Below the pieces are notes generated by a model. That model worked only from the letters and a program-made list of their open reading frames with translations. It had not been told where the DNA came from and ran no database searches. A program made the translations under genes and the position numbers. This document shows, one piece after another, positions 18,894-28,134 of a DNA stretch of 64,000 nucleotides. How positions within the stretch are numbered: position 1 is the first letter of the stretch; each line of letters begins with the position of its first letter. Source of the stretch: a candidate division WOR-3 bacterium (GTDB taxonomy: Bacteria; Hydrothermota; Tepidihabitantia; SM23-42; CAYGYG01); the NCBI GenBank assembly GCA_965648915.1, contig CBFGIV010000002.1, forward strand, positions 64,001 to 128,000, written 5' to 3'.

Positions 18894-21173
18894 TTAACCG
18901 GTGATTTTTTCAATCAGACGGTCAAGTTCTGATTCATCCTCAATCAAAACTTTTCTCGACTTGCTACCGGCAAAGGGTTCAATTATTCCGGCCCTTTCCA
19001 TCTGATCGATGATCCGGCCGGCCCGGGCATAACCGATATTCAATCGACGCTGAAGGAGTGAAACCGATGCCAATCGATGGCGGAAGACGAGTCGTGCTGC
19101 CTCTTCAAAGAGCGGGTCGATCTCGGTGGTAAATTCTTCTTCTTTCTCTTCTTCTTCAGCAGTTTTCATTTCTTCCAGTTTTGGATAATACCCATTTTCG
19201 ATGATCTCTTCAATTTTAGGTTTGAGTTCATCCGGGGCAAGCCCTAACAAAATTTCTTTCTTTTCTTCAAAACCGGCCCCGCGTTCACAGAAGACTGACC
19301 AAAGTTCCTGTTCGAGAATCTCTTTTATAAATCGGGAGAGATTATCACCGTCTCGGAAGAGTTTTGTCAGATAGAGTTGAGCAACGAGATTTCGTATGTT
19401 CATAACTTCATCGGTTGAAACAAACGCACCGTGCAGGCGCTGGGGTTCACCGCGGCCGGGTGGGAGATAGAGCATATCACCTCGACCAAGCAGAGACTCC
19501 GCACCATTCATATCGAGTATCGTTCGGGAGTCGGTTTTAGAAGCAACTTGGAAAGCGATCCGGCAGGGGAAGTTGGCCTTGATCAGTCCGGTAATGACAT
19601 CGACTGAGGGACGCTGGGTAGCAAGGATAAGATGGATGCCAACTGCCCGGGACATCTGGGCAAGCCGGGTAATCCGCTCTTCAATCTCGGTAGGTGCGGT
19701 CAGGATCAAGTCAGCCAGTTCATCGACGATGATAAGGAGATAGGGTTTCTCGGGAAACCCCTCTTTTCGGGCTTTTACATTATAGCCATCGATATCCCGG
19801 ACTCCAACCCGGGCAAACTCTCGATAGCGATTTTCCATAATATCGACCATCTTGGTCAGTTCGGAAACCGCTTCTTTGGGGTCAACAACACAGCTTCTTA
19901 AGATATGGGGGATAGGATTGTAGGCCGGCAGTTCGAGGCGTTTGGGGTCGATCATTAAGAAACGAACTTTATCAAACCCGGAACGGTAGATGAGACTCAT
20001 AATAATGGTGTTGATGCAGACGCTTTTCCCTGAGCCAGTTGTTCCAGCCACTAACATATGGGGCATAGTGGCAATGTCAGCATAGACCGGTTTGCCGGTA
20101 ATATCTTCACCCAGGGCGATACTGAGGGGCGATGCCATCTCTTCAAATTCCTGGGTTGCCAGACATTTTTTAAGATAGACCAGACCCCGTTCAGGGTTTG
20201 GTATCTCAATACCAACTGCCGATTTACCAGGAATGGGTGCAAGGATCCGGATTCGTGTCGCCTTCAGAGCAAGGGCTAAATCGTCTTCGAGATTGGCAAT
20301 CTTATTAACTTTTATGCCCGGAGATGGCTCAAACTCAAAACGGGTGATAACCGGTCCTGAAACAATATCGGTGATTTTGCCCGTGACCTCAAATTCCTCA
20401 AGCCGTTTGATTAAAAGGTCAGCGCCTTTTTTCAATTCGGCCTCTTCGAGGGCGGCCGGGCCGGGTGTCGGGTCGTGGAGCAGATTTAAGAATTGGGTTT
20501 TAAAGTCGGTATCAGTTTCCAGTGGTATTACTTCGACCACCGGTTTTGGTTTAGGTTTTACAACTTTTTCCTTTTTTGGCTTCGGTTCAATTTCCGGCGG
20601 CCTTTTAATAACTATTTCGGGCACGGGCTTCTTAAATGAAAAGGTTAGACGGGTAAAGAGTAAAAGGACTGTCCCGAAGATAAAGATTAAAAGAATGATT
20701 GCACCCGCATCACCGAAGGTCTTGCTCAGAAAATCTTTTAATACAGAGCCAATCAATCCACCGGGGATTATATCCCTTATATGAGGAAGATTGAGAAAAC
20801 TGATAAAGGCATTAAAGATCGGAACGATGACAACAAAGAAGAGTATGCCAAAGAGCTCCTTAGGGTCTTTTTCGAAAAAGGTTATGTAGATGCCATGGAT
20901 CAAAATTAATACTGGTACAGCAATACTGTAGTACCCGATAAGCCAGAAGAGAAATGAACTTATGCCATAACCAAATAGCCCACCGCGATTTTTCTCGGGT
21001 TGATCTTTGTAATATGAGAGAAGGGAGAGGGTCATCAGAATTGACAGTAAGATTAAGAGGAGGCCGATAACTTTCCGCTTCTTTTCGGAACCGGCCCTCT
21101 GGGCCGCATAGTATAATGCGTAGATAACCGCCCCAATTATTATCAAGGCAAGGATGATTTCGAGAATCGCCAT
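18894..21173 (-). CDS. ftsK: DNA translocase FtsK
   Basis: N-terminal TM region; PHMLVAGTTGSGKS, IVDELADL, ATQRPSVDV; gamma domain SLLQRRLNIGYARAGR. Confidence 0.96.
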   Translation of the reverse strand: MAILEIILALIIIGAVIYALYYAAQRAGSEKKRKVIGLLLILLSILMTLSLLSYYKDQPEKNRGGLFGYGISSFLFWLIGYYSIAVPVLILIHGIYITFFEKDPKELFGILFFVVIVPIFNAFISFLNLPHIRDIIPGGLIGSVLKDFLSKTFGDAGAIILLIFIFGTVLLLFTRLTFSFKKPVPEIVIKRPPEIEPKPKKEKVVKPKPKPVVEVIPLETDTDFKTQFLNLLHDPTPGPAALEEAELKKGADLLIKRLEEFEVTGKITDIVSGPVITRFEFEPSPGIKVNKIANLEDDLALALKATRIRILAPIPGKSAVGIEIPNPERGLVYLKKCLATQEFEEMASPLSIALGEDITGKPVYADIATMPHMLVAGTTGSGKSVCINTIIMSLIYRSGFDKVRFLMIDPKRLELPAYNPIPHILRSCVVDPKEAVSELTKMVDIMENRYREFARVGVRDIDGYNVKARKEGFPEKPYLLIIVDELADLILTAPTEIEERITRLAQMSRAVGIHLILATQRPSVDVITGLIKANFPCRIAFQVASKTDSRTILDMNGAESLLGRGDMLYLPPGRGEPQRLHGAFVSTDEVMNIRNLVAQLYLTKLFRDGDNLSRFIKEILEQELWSVFCERGAGFEEKKEILLGLAPDELKPKIEEIIENGYYPKLEEMKTAEEEEKEEEFTTEIDPLFEEAARLVFRHRLASVSLLQRRLNIGYARAGRIIDQMERAGIIEPFAGSKSRKVLIEDESELDRLIEKITG

Positions 21174-21179
21174 TTATCG

Positions 21180-21207
21180 ATTATAGCAGAAAGTCCAAAA
21201 AAGTCAA
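21180..21207 (-). promoter_or_regulatory. ftsK promoter (extended -10), leaderless
   Basis: TTGACT-N16-TATAAT with TG-N before the -10; ATG 6 nt downstream. Confidence 0.7.
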
Positions 21208-21253
21208 GAGGTTGGTTTATCGAGATCGAGATTGATTATTATCGTAAAAAAGA

Positions 21254-21281
21254 TTGACAGAAGAGAATACACGGTTATAAT
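21254..21281 (+). promoter_or_regulatory. Consensus sigma70 promoter of the putative selenoprotein gene
   Basis: TTGACA-N16-TATAAT; AAGGAGG SD before ATG 21384. Confidence 0.75.
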
Positions 21282-21383
21282 ATCGGCGTAGTGAATATCG
21301 CAATCATTGAGACCTGATCATTGATCTTGTGGCTGTTGAATTATGAGTAATATTTTGGAAAATCAACATCTAAGGAGGAAAGT

Positions 21384-23339
21384 ATGAGGACCGCTATCAT
21401 TATGTCAGGTCTTCTGGGGATTGGTCTTACGTTGGGTTATGAACTCGTCACCAATGGCGATTTTGAAGCGCCACTGACAACCGGCTGGACCCAGACCGTG
21501 AGTGGTGACTATACATCATCTTCATACTATACCATCGACCGGGCAATGGATTATAACCCGGATCCGGATTATGAAGCCCAGTCCCGGAAGTATCTACACG
21601 AGATTGCCTCCCTTTCTCAGATTGTCCCGATCCCGCATATCGATATAAATTTCTCAGCCCAGGCCAAACTCTGGTGTAAATGTGAAGATAACGCCTATAA
21701 TTACTTTGCTGCGGCTGCCTTGATCTTATACTATATGAACAATGATAGTCAGATTCTTGGTGAGACCAGGATCTATCGGGGAACAACCTACTGTAACTGG
21801 CAGAATTCATCCACGATTCATCTGATTCGTGCGGCGGATACGAGTAACTGGTATAACTACTCGTTTATTATCCGCAACGAACTTAATAATCTCCCCGGAA
21901 TTAATCCGGCCCAGGTCAAACGGATCAAAGTTGCCCTTTATGCTTATTCAACCCATAATTGCTGAGGGGTCTATCCTGAGGCGAAGGTCTTCGCCGATAA
22001 CATCTCATTAAACTATACGCCGAACCAGCCCAAGATTGTGTATCTCAGCAATACGGTCGATGACCGAAATGGCAACAACAACAAGCGACTTGATCCCAAT
22101 GAGCAGGCGAACCTTATTGTAAGTCTGAAAAATGTTGGAACCAATGCAACTGGAGTAAATGGGCGATTGAAGACAACGAACAGTTACATCGAAATCCGTG
22201 ATAGCCTGGCCAATTATGGCAATATTAATCAGGGAGACACGACAAACAATTTTGGGGACCCGTTTGTCATCTTTGCCCGGCCCAATACACCGATTGGATC
22301 AAAGGTGGATTTTACACTCTATCTTAACTACAGTGGAAAGTTGTATACCGATACAATAAACTTCAGTATCTTTGTTGGTGACCTGATTACCCTGCCGATA
22401 CCCGATAATCAAAACCGCTACTGGGCATATGATGATATTGATATCGATCCTCAGCATCCAACCTATAACTGGGTAGAGATCAGAAATTTAGGAACACGAC
22501 TTGACTTAAGCGATGATCAGACCGTCACAATAGCAATGCCCTTCGGTTTTACTTATTATGGAACCCGCTATACCAACCTCTCAATCTGCTCCAATGGCTG
22601 GATCGCAGCCGGATCGACGACCGATAACGACTATACCAACTCAAGGATCCCGGATCCGGATGGCCCATCAGCAATGATAGCAATTAACTGGGACGATCTC
22701 TATCCGGATACGAATATCTGGTACTATCACGACCGCAATAACCACCGCTTCATCATCGAATACGACAGTATTCGTTATATCAGCACAACGGTTAGGGATA
22801 AATTTGAGATTATTATCTATGATTCGACGGTTGTGACGCCAACCCGAGACAATGTAATCCTTTTCCAGTTCCGAACTGCCAACGGTTTTGCTGGATCAAC
22901 CATTGGTATCGAGAATTCTAATGAGACCGTTGGGATTCAGGATCTTTATGACGGCACCTATCATATCTATGCTGCGCCCATTATACCGGGACGGGCGATT
23001 AAATTTACCACGGTCTTACCTCTCAGGGTTGAAGAAACGGTTTCAGCATCAAGCCGAATAAGAAATGAACCGCTTCTTTCGATCTCTCCCAATCCGCTGG
23101 TTAAGTCGGCACAGATCAGGTTTGTTATTGAAAGGTCCGGACCAATCTCGCTTGAGGTTTATAATATTGAAGGTCGATTGATAAAGAGACTGGCTGATGG
23201 TTTTTATAGACCTAATACCTACAATTTGAGATGGTCGGGTGAGGATATGAATGGGAAGAGGGTTAGCAGTGGTGTCTATTTTATAAAACTGAAGACCGAT
23301 TCTGGTGAAGAGACGACCAAGAGTGTGATGATGAGATAA
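21384..23339 (+). CDS. Putative secreted selenoprotein (651 aa, Cys193-Sec194): signal peptide, CBM-like beta-sandwich, Ig-like and NIDO-like domains, T9SS/FlgD-type C-terminal domain
   Basis: The two listed ORFs are in frame and joined by one TGA (21963-21965) plus 24 open codons (GVYPEAKVFADNISLNYTPNQPKI). The domain opens ELVTNGDFE and closes VFADNISL, spanning the TGA. SECIS-like hairpin follows. Tail SPNP...SGVYFIKL. Confidence 0.8.
21963..21995 (+). promoter_or_regulatory. In-frame UGA plus bacterial SECIS-like hairpin
   Basis: UGA-N14-GGCGAA-GGUC-UUCGCC; the AGGUCU apex matches E. coli fdhF SECIS, with GU at +25/+26 versus +23/+24. Confidence 0.75.
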
Positions 23340-23359
23340 AGAAGATATATGTCGCCGAT

Positions 23360-23389
23360 CAGGGCCCGCGCAAAGCGCGGGCCCTGTTT
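23360..23389 (+). terminator. Intrinsic terminator-like hairpin
   Basis: CAGGGCCCGCGC-AAA-GCGCGGGCCCTG followed by TTT, about 20 nt after the stop. Confidence 0.7.
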
Positions 23390-23438
23390 GATTACAACCC
23401 CTTATTAACCACATAGATTGAACAACCTAACAAAGATA

Positions 23439-23466
23439 TTGACATTTATTTAAAATCAGATAGAAT
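23439..23466 (+). promoter_or_regulatory. Promoter for the lytic transglycosylase gene, leaderless
   Basis: TTGACA-N16-TAGAAT, ATG 7 nt downstream, no SD. Confidence 0.7.
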
Positions 23467-23473
23467 TGTTTTA

Positions 23474-24082
23474 ATGGGTTTGAGGATAACCCGACTAATT
23501 TTTATTATTTTTACCCTCGTCTATGCACAAAATCTGTATAGGGTGAGCGAAGGTGGGGCAATTCTTTTTACCAACATCCCGAAAAAAGAGAATTTAAATA
23601 TCTTTAAACCACCCAGTCCAGTTCTAGAAAACCTTTCCCGCTATGATTCGATCATCGATGAAGCCTGTGACCAGTATCAGGTTGATGCTGAACTTATTAG
23701 GATTATTATCCTCGCTGAATCAGGTTTTAATCCCAACGCTCGCTCACCCCGGGGCGCGATTGGATTGATGCAGTTGATGCCCGAGACCGCCCGACTGCTT
23801 AATATTAAAAACCCCTATAACCCAAGGCAGAATATTTTCGGTGGAGTTAAATTTTTTCGCTATCTCCTCAATCTTTTTAATGGTGAACTGGAACTGGCTC
23901 TGGCTGCCTATCATGCCGGGCCAAAGATCGTTATGGCTAAAAAAGCGGTGCCGGCAATACCTGAAACCAGACAGTATGTAGATTTCATTACGGGTCGTTA
24001 TGCACCACAGGATCGACGCAATCGTATCTATTCTTATGTTACACCCGATGGAGGAATCTTCCTGACCAATATTCCGAGATAG
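23474..24082 (+). CDS. Lytic transglycosylase (SLT domain), exported
   Basis: Motifs AESGFNP.A.S..GA.GLMQLMP.TA, ALAAYHAG, ETRQYV; short G...TNIP repeats at both ends. Confidence 0.9.
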   Translation: MGLRITRLIFIIFTLVYAQNLYRVSEGGAILFTNIPKKENLNIFKPPSPVLENLSRYDSIIDEACDQYQVDAELIRIIILAESGFNPNARSPRGAIGLMQLMPETARLLNIKNPYNPRQNIFGGVKFFRYLLNLFNGELELALAAYHAGPKIVMAKKAVPAIPETRQYVDFITGRYAPQDRRNRIYSYVTPDGGIFLTNIPR

Positions 24083-24097
24083 CCCCCTTATTCAAGG

Positions 24098-24125
24098 TTG
24101 ACAATCAGAGGTTTTCGAATATACT
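24098..24125 (+). promoter_or_regulatory. sigma70 promoter
   Basis: TTGACA-N16-TATACT. Confidence 0.65.
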
Positions 24126-24243
24126 TAATCAAGTATCAAATAGAAGATCTTTTACTTTTTAAAACAGGCATTTATTAACTTCTATCATCCGGCACAACTG
24201 AACTGATGTTGTACGGATAACAGATCTTAGAAAGGGATAAAAA

Positions 24244-25368
24244 ATGGCTCATGCATATACTCCAGGTCTGAAAGTATTAGAAAAAACAACCGTTATTAAA
24301 GACCGGCGTCTTCCTCTACCAGGCAATATCCTGGTTGAAAAAGGCAGTAAGGTTAAGGCAACAGCAGTTGTTGCACGGACCCATCTGCCCGGTAATGTCC
24401 AGACCGTAAATGTTGCTGGCCTTCTTGGGATTTTACCTGAAGAGGTTGAAGGAGCAATGTTGAAGAAGGTCGGCGATAAGATAAAGAAGAATGACATCCT
24501 TGCTCAGAGCAAGGGTTTCTTTGGTCTTATGAAATCGAAGGTGACGGCGCCAGTCGATAGTGAGGTTGAAAGTATTTCCAAAATCACCGGCCAGGTGATT
24601 CTTAGAGAGCCACCGATTTTAGTCGAGGTGATTGCCTATATCGATGGTGAGGTTACCGATGTTTTTCAGAATGAAGGGGTCAGGATCGAGACGATCGCAA
24701 GTTTTATTCAGGGGATATTCGGGATCGGGGGAGAGATGATTGGGGAATTGCGATCGGTTGCTGATGGCCCAGATGACCCGTTGACCGCAGATGAGATTGA
24801 TGAAAGTTGCCACGATAAGATCCTGGTAGGAGGTTCAATCGTTGATGCTCAGGCCTTAGAGAAGGCAGTGAAGGTCGGTGCTAAAGGTATAGTGGTTGGG
24901 GGCATCGAAGACAAGGATTTGAAAAAATTCCTGGGATATGATATCGGGGTGGCGATAACCGGTTCAGAAAAACGAGGACTTACCCTCATCGCTACCGAAG
25001 GTTTTGGTCGCCTGCGTATGGCAGATCGGACATTCCGCTTGCTCAATTCTCTGGTCGGAAGAAAGGCGTCGATTAACGGAGCAACCCAGATTCGGGCCGG
25101 GGTGATTCGGCCAGAAGTTATTGTCCCTTTTGAAGAAAGTCCGGGTGAGGTTAAAAAATCGACCCTGCAGGAGAGTGGCCTGGTGATTGGCACACCGATC
25201 CGGGTGATACGCGAGCCCTATTTTGGTAAACTTGGTAAAGTGACCGCCCTCCCCGCTGAGTTACAGGTGATTGAAACTGAGGCAAAGGTTCGGGTGCTCG
25301 AAGTCGAACTCGAAGATAAACGAAGGGTTGTTTTACCCCGTGCCAATGTTGAAATAATTGAGAGTTAG
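24244..25368 (+). CDS. Conserved uncharacterised protein (lipoyl/barrel-sandwich-like segments and KOW-like tail)
   Basis: Long ORF with SD; V..G.KV repeats, QGIFGIGGE, TEGFG, IRVIREPYFGKLGKV. Confidence 0.7.
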   Translation: MAHAYTPGLKVLEKTTVIKDRRLPLPGNILVEKGSKVKATAVVARTHLPGNVQTVNVAGLLGILPEEVEGAMLKKVGDKIKKNDILAQSKGFFGLMKSKVTAPVDSEVESISKITGQVILREPPILVEVIAYIDGEVTDVFQNEGVRIETIASFIQGIFGIGGEMIGELRSVADGPDDPLTADEIDESCHDKILVGGSIVDAQALEKAVKVGAKGIVVGGIEDKDLKKFLGYDIGVAITGSEKRGLTLIATEGFGRLRMADRTFRLLNSLVGRKASINGATQIRAGVIRPEVIVPFEESPGEVKKSTLQESGLVIGTPIRVIREPYFGKLGKVTALPAELQVIETEAKVRVLEVELEDKRRVVLPRANVEIIES

Positions 25369-25369
25369 T

Positions 25370-26236
25370 ATGTATCTCTGGTTAGCGGTTATTTTCTTCA
25401 CTAATGAAGGTGTAGCATCATCTTTGATCTGTCCAACCGCACGCGAAGCAGGGATGGGCAATACCGGTTTTTCGCTAACCTATGGTCCCGAGGCGGTTTA
25501 TCTCAATCCGGCCCATCTCCAGTTGAACAAAAGTCAGGAACTACTCTTTTCGATCTCCTATGGTCGTCTATTTTTGGATATTCAACACTCTTCACTCTTT
25601 CTGTCAAAAAGATTTTCCTCATTCAATCTCGGGCTCGGCGTGTCAAATTTTGATTACGGTGATCTGATTTTTAAACCTGAATATCCTACCGAGGAAGATG
25701 CAGTCTTCAATGCCAATGATCTGTCAATCCTTGGCGGAGCAGGATTTAATCTATCGAACAAAGGATATGGGGGTATCGGTATTAAATTTATCAAAGAATA
25801 CATTCAGATATATTCGGCACAGGTTCTGGCAGGAAACCTTGCCCTCAGTTATCTGCCCAATCAGAATTTACGATTTTCCTTGGGAACATTTGATATCAGC
25901 CGAAATATGAAGTTAAAAAATAGTGAATTCGAAGGCGAACCATACGGATTGCCGGTGAGATTCAGTTTTGGATGCAGTAATCAATGGAGAAGATTGCTTA
26001 GCGGACTCGACCTCCATTACCTGATTCGTTCTAAGGATTGGATGTTAAACTTTGGAGAGGAGATCGGGCTGGTGTCAGAATTTAAACTGCGCTGGGGTTG
26101 TAGATATTTTGATGGTCTGACCCTGAGTGGTGGATTGGGTATCTCATTGGCCTGGCTGACACTGGATTATGGGGTTAGTTACCTACCCAAAGGACTCGGC
26201 CTCAACCATTATTTTACCCTCAAAAGAAATCTTTAG
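25370..26236 (+). CDS. PorV/PorQ-like outer-membrane beta-barrel protein
   Basis: AREAGMG and AVYLNPA N-terminal motifs, amphipathic beta strands, C-terminal GLGIS..LTLDYG..LGLNHYFTL. Confidence 0.7.
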   Translation: MYLWLAVIFFTNEGVASSLICPTAREAGMGNTGFSLTYGPEAVYLNPAHLQLNKSQELLFSISYGRLFLDIQHSSLFLSKRFSSFNLGLGVSNFDYGDLIFKPEYPTEEDAVFNANDLSILGGAGFNLSNKGYGGIGIKFIKEYIQIYSAQVLAGNLALSYLPNQNLRFSLGTFDISRNMKLKNSEFEGEPYGLPVRFSFGCSNQWRRLLSGLDLHYLIRSKDWMLNFGEEIGLVSEFKLRWGCRYFDGLTLSGGLGISLAWLTLDYGVSYLPKGLGLNHYFTLKRNL

Positions 26237-27187
26237 ATGAATAATATTCTGCTTGATTTTGAAAAACCGATTTTTGAACTGGAAAAGAAGATCCAGGAAT
26301 TAAAGGCAATCAACTCACCGGAAATCGCCGAGGAGATCGATCGTCTCGAACGGCAGGCGGAAAGACTCAGAAAGAAAATCTATTCAAACCTTACCGCCTG
26401 GCAGAGGGTTCAGCTGGCACGCCATCCCCGTCGTCCTTATTCTCTGGATATTATCAATCTAATTGTCAGAGATTTTATCCAGTTACATGGAGATCGACTG
26501 TTCGGTGATGACGCGGCGATCGTATGCGGTATCGGACAGATCGATGAGTATCCAGTCGTTATTGTTGCTGAACAGAAAGGTCGGGACATAAAGGAGAAAA
26601 TCCAGCGCAACTTTGGTAGTCCCCATCCTGAAGGTTATCGGAAGGCGTTGAGGATTTTTTATTTTGCGGAAAAATTTTCCTTGCCAATTGTCTGTATTGT
26701 TGATACCCCTGGTGCCTATCCCGGGGTCGGCGCTGAAGAACGGGGGATTGCGGAATCGATTGCCCGGAATCTTAGAGAAATGGCATTGTTAGAAACGCCC
26801 ATTGTTGTCCTGATACTGGGCGAAGGTTGCAGTGGTGGGGCCATTGCGATTGCCCTTGGTGACCGAATATTGATGATGGAAAATGCCTACTATTCAGTAA
26901 TTTCTCCGGAAGGCTGCGCCTCGATCCTCTGGCGTGACAGCGCCCGGGCCAAGGATGCGGCTGAGGCAATGAAGATTACGGCGCAGGATCTTGATAAATT
27001 TAAGATTATTGACCGGATCATACCTGAACCTCTGGGTGGAGCCCACCGTGATTGGTCAGTAACCGCGCAGAATATCAAACAGGCAATAATTGAGACGCTC
27101 GATGAACTTCTAAAGATCCCCATCGCGAAACTTGTTCAACAGCGTGTGGAAAAGTATCGAAGAATGGGTGTACAGCGGGAGAGTTAG
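26237..27187 (+). CDS. accA: Acetyl-CoA carboxylase carboxyltransferase alpha subunit
   Basis: Motifs LDFEKPI, ARHPRRP, HGDR, PEGYRKA, DTPGAYPG, YSVISPEGCASILW. Confidence 0.97.
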   Translation: MNNILLDFEKPIFELEKKIQELKAINSPEIAEEIDRLERQAERLRKKIYSNLTAWQRVQLARHPRRPYSLDIINLIVRDFIQLHGDRLFGDDAAIVCGIGQIDEYPVVIVAEQKGRDIKEKIQRNFGSPHPEGYRKALRIFYFAEKFSLPIVCIVDTPGAYPGVGAEERGIAESIARNLREMALLETPIVVLILGEGCSGGAIAIALGDRILMMENAYYSVISPEGCASILWRDSARAKDAAEAMKITAQDLDKFKIIDRIIPEPLGGAHRDWSVTAQNIKQAIIETLDELLKIPIAKLVQQRVEKYRRMGVQRES

Positions 27188-27802
27188 TTGGCTTTAGAAG
27201 GCAATCTTGAAGATTTTGAAGTAACTGATATCTTTCAACTCATCCAGCTCGGACAGAAAGCGGGCTGTCTCAGAATCCAGACCTTAAATGCAGTGGGGGT
27301 TATCTATTTTAAGGCCGGTATGGTCACCCATGCCCGGGCCGGGCATCTTGTAGGCGAAATGGCAATTCAGGAAATTTTGCGATGGTCAAAGGGTAAGTTT
27401 GTCTTTGTTCCCAATGAGGAGACGACCGAGAACACTGTCGGAAAACCGATTCAATTTATTATTCTTGAAGCAGCCCGGCGCATTGATGAATGGCAACGCA
27501 TCGAGAAGGTAATCCCCTCCCTTGATTTAAAAGTCAAAATTGTCGAGGTGCCGGATGCAAGTATTGAAAACATCAATCTCCGTCCCGAAGAATGGAAAAT
27601 TCTTTCTTTTGTTGATAGTCAAACGACGATAAAAGGCATCGCCCAGAAAGCAAACTTAAGCGATTTCGATACCGCAAAGATCTTATTCGGATTGGTGAGT
27701 TCCGGCCTGGTTCGTATCATTAAGGAGGAGAAACACGAGGCCAGCGAGAAGAAGGACGAGAGTGTCCTGAAAGGCATAATTAAGAAGATTAAGGGAGATT
27801 AA
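27188..27802 (+). CDS. DUF4388 (PATAN-like) domain protein
   Basis: LEGNLEDF...DIFQLI...KAGCL, G.IYF..G...HA, W..GKF.F, ILEAARRIDEW; winged-helix-like C-terminus. Confidence 0.82.
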   Translation: MALEGNLEDFEVTDIFQLIQLGQKAGCLRIQTLNAVGVIYFKAGMVTHARAGHLVGEMAIQEILRWSKGKFVFVPNEETTENTVGKPIQFIILEAARRIDEWQRIEKVIPSLDLKVKIVEVPDASIENINLRPEEWKILSFVDSQTTIKGIAQKANLSDFDTAKILFGLVSSGLVRIIKEEKHEASEKKDESVLKGIIKKIKGD

Positions 27803-27813
27803 AGGAGGTAAAG

Positions 27814-28134
27814 ATGGGTTTAAATATTACCGCACGCAAGTTCAGTTTAACTGAATCATTACAATCGGCGGCGTATGAAGCTTATAATCGACTATCCCGC
27901 TACTCCCATTTAATCATCGATACCCATTTAATCTTAGAAAGAGATAAACCCCTCAATTTTGTTGAGTTGACGGTTTCCGTAAAGAAAGGATTTTTACGGG
28001 CCGATACCAGAACCAATGACATCTACCAGGGGATCCATGAGGTTTTCAATAAAGTTGAGAAACAGTTAAAAAAGCACTACGAGAAGCTCAGGGAACGGAA
28101 GCGCCTCTCCCATAAGACCAAGAGGCAGATATGA
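27814..28134 (+). CDS. hpf: Ribosome hibernation factor HPF/RaiA
   Basis: NITARKFSLTESL and DIYQGI...KVEKQLKKH; AGGAGG SD; precedes hprK. Confidence 0.85.
   Translation: MGLNITARKFSLTESLQSAAYEAYNRLSRYSHLIIDTHLILERDKPLNFVELTVSVKKGFLRADTRTNDIYQGIHEVFNKVEKQLKKHYEKLRERKRLSHKTKRQI

Noticed and set aside
21963..21965. Genome-wide UGA recoding (code 4 or 25) as the reason for the in-frame TGA
   Set aside because: TGA ends many genes at their expected C-termini (lysS, era, hprK, rpsA, miaB, dacB), often in ATGA overlaps, and TGG is used for Trp.
22038..23339. Independent gene starting at GTG 22038
   Set aside because: No SD or signal peptide, and it is continuous in frame with the upstream gene; better read as the C-terminal part of a read-through product.
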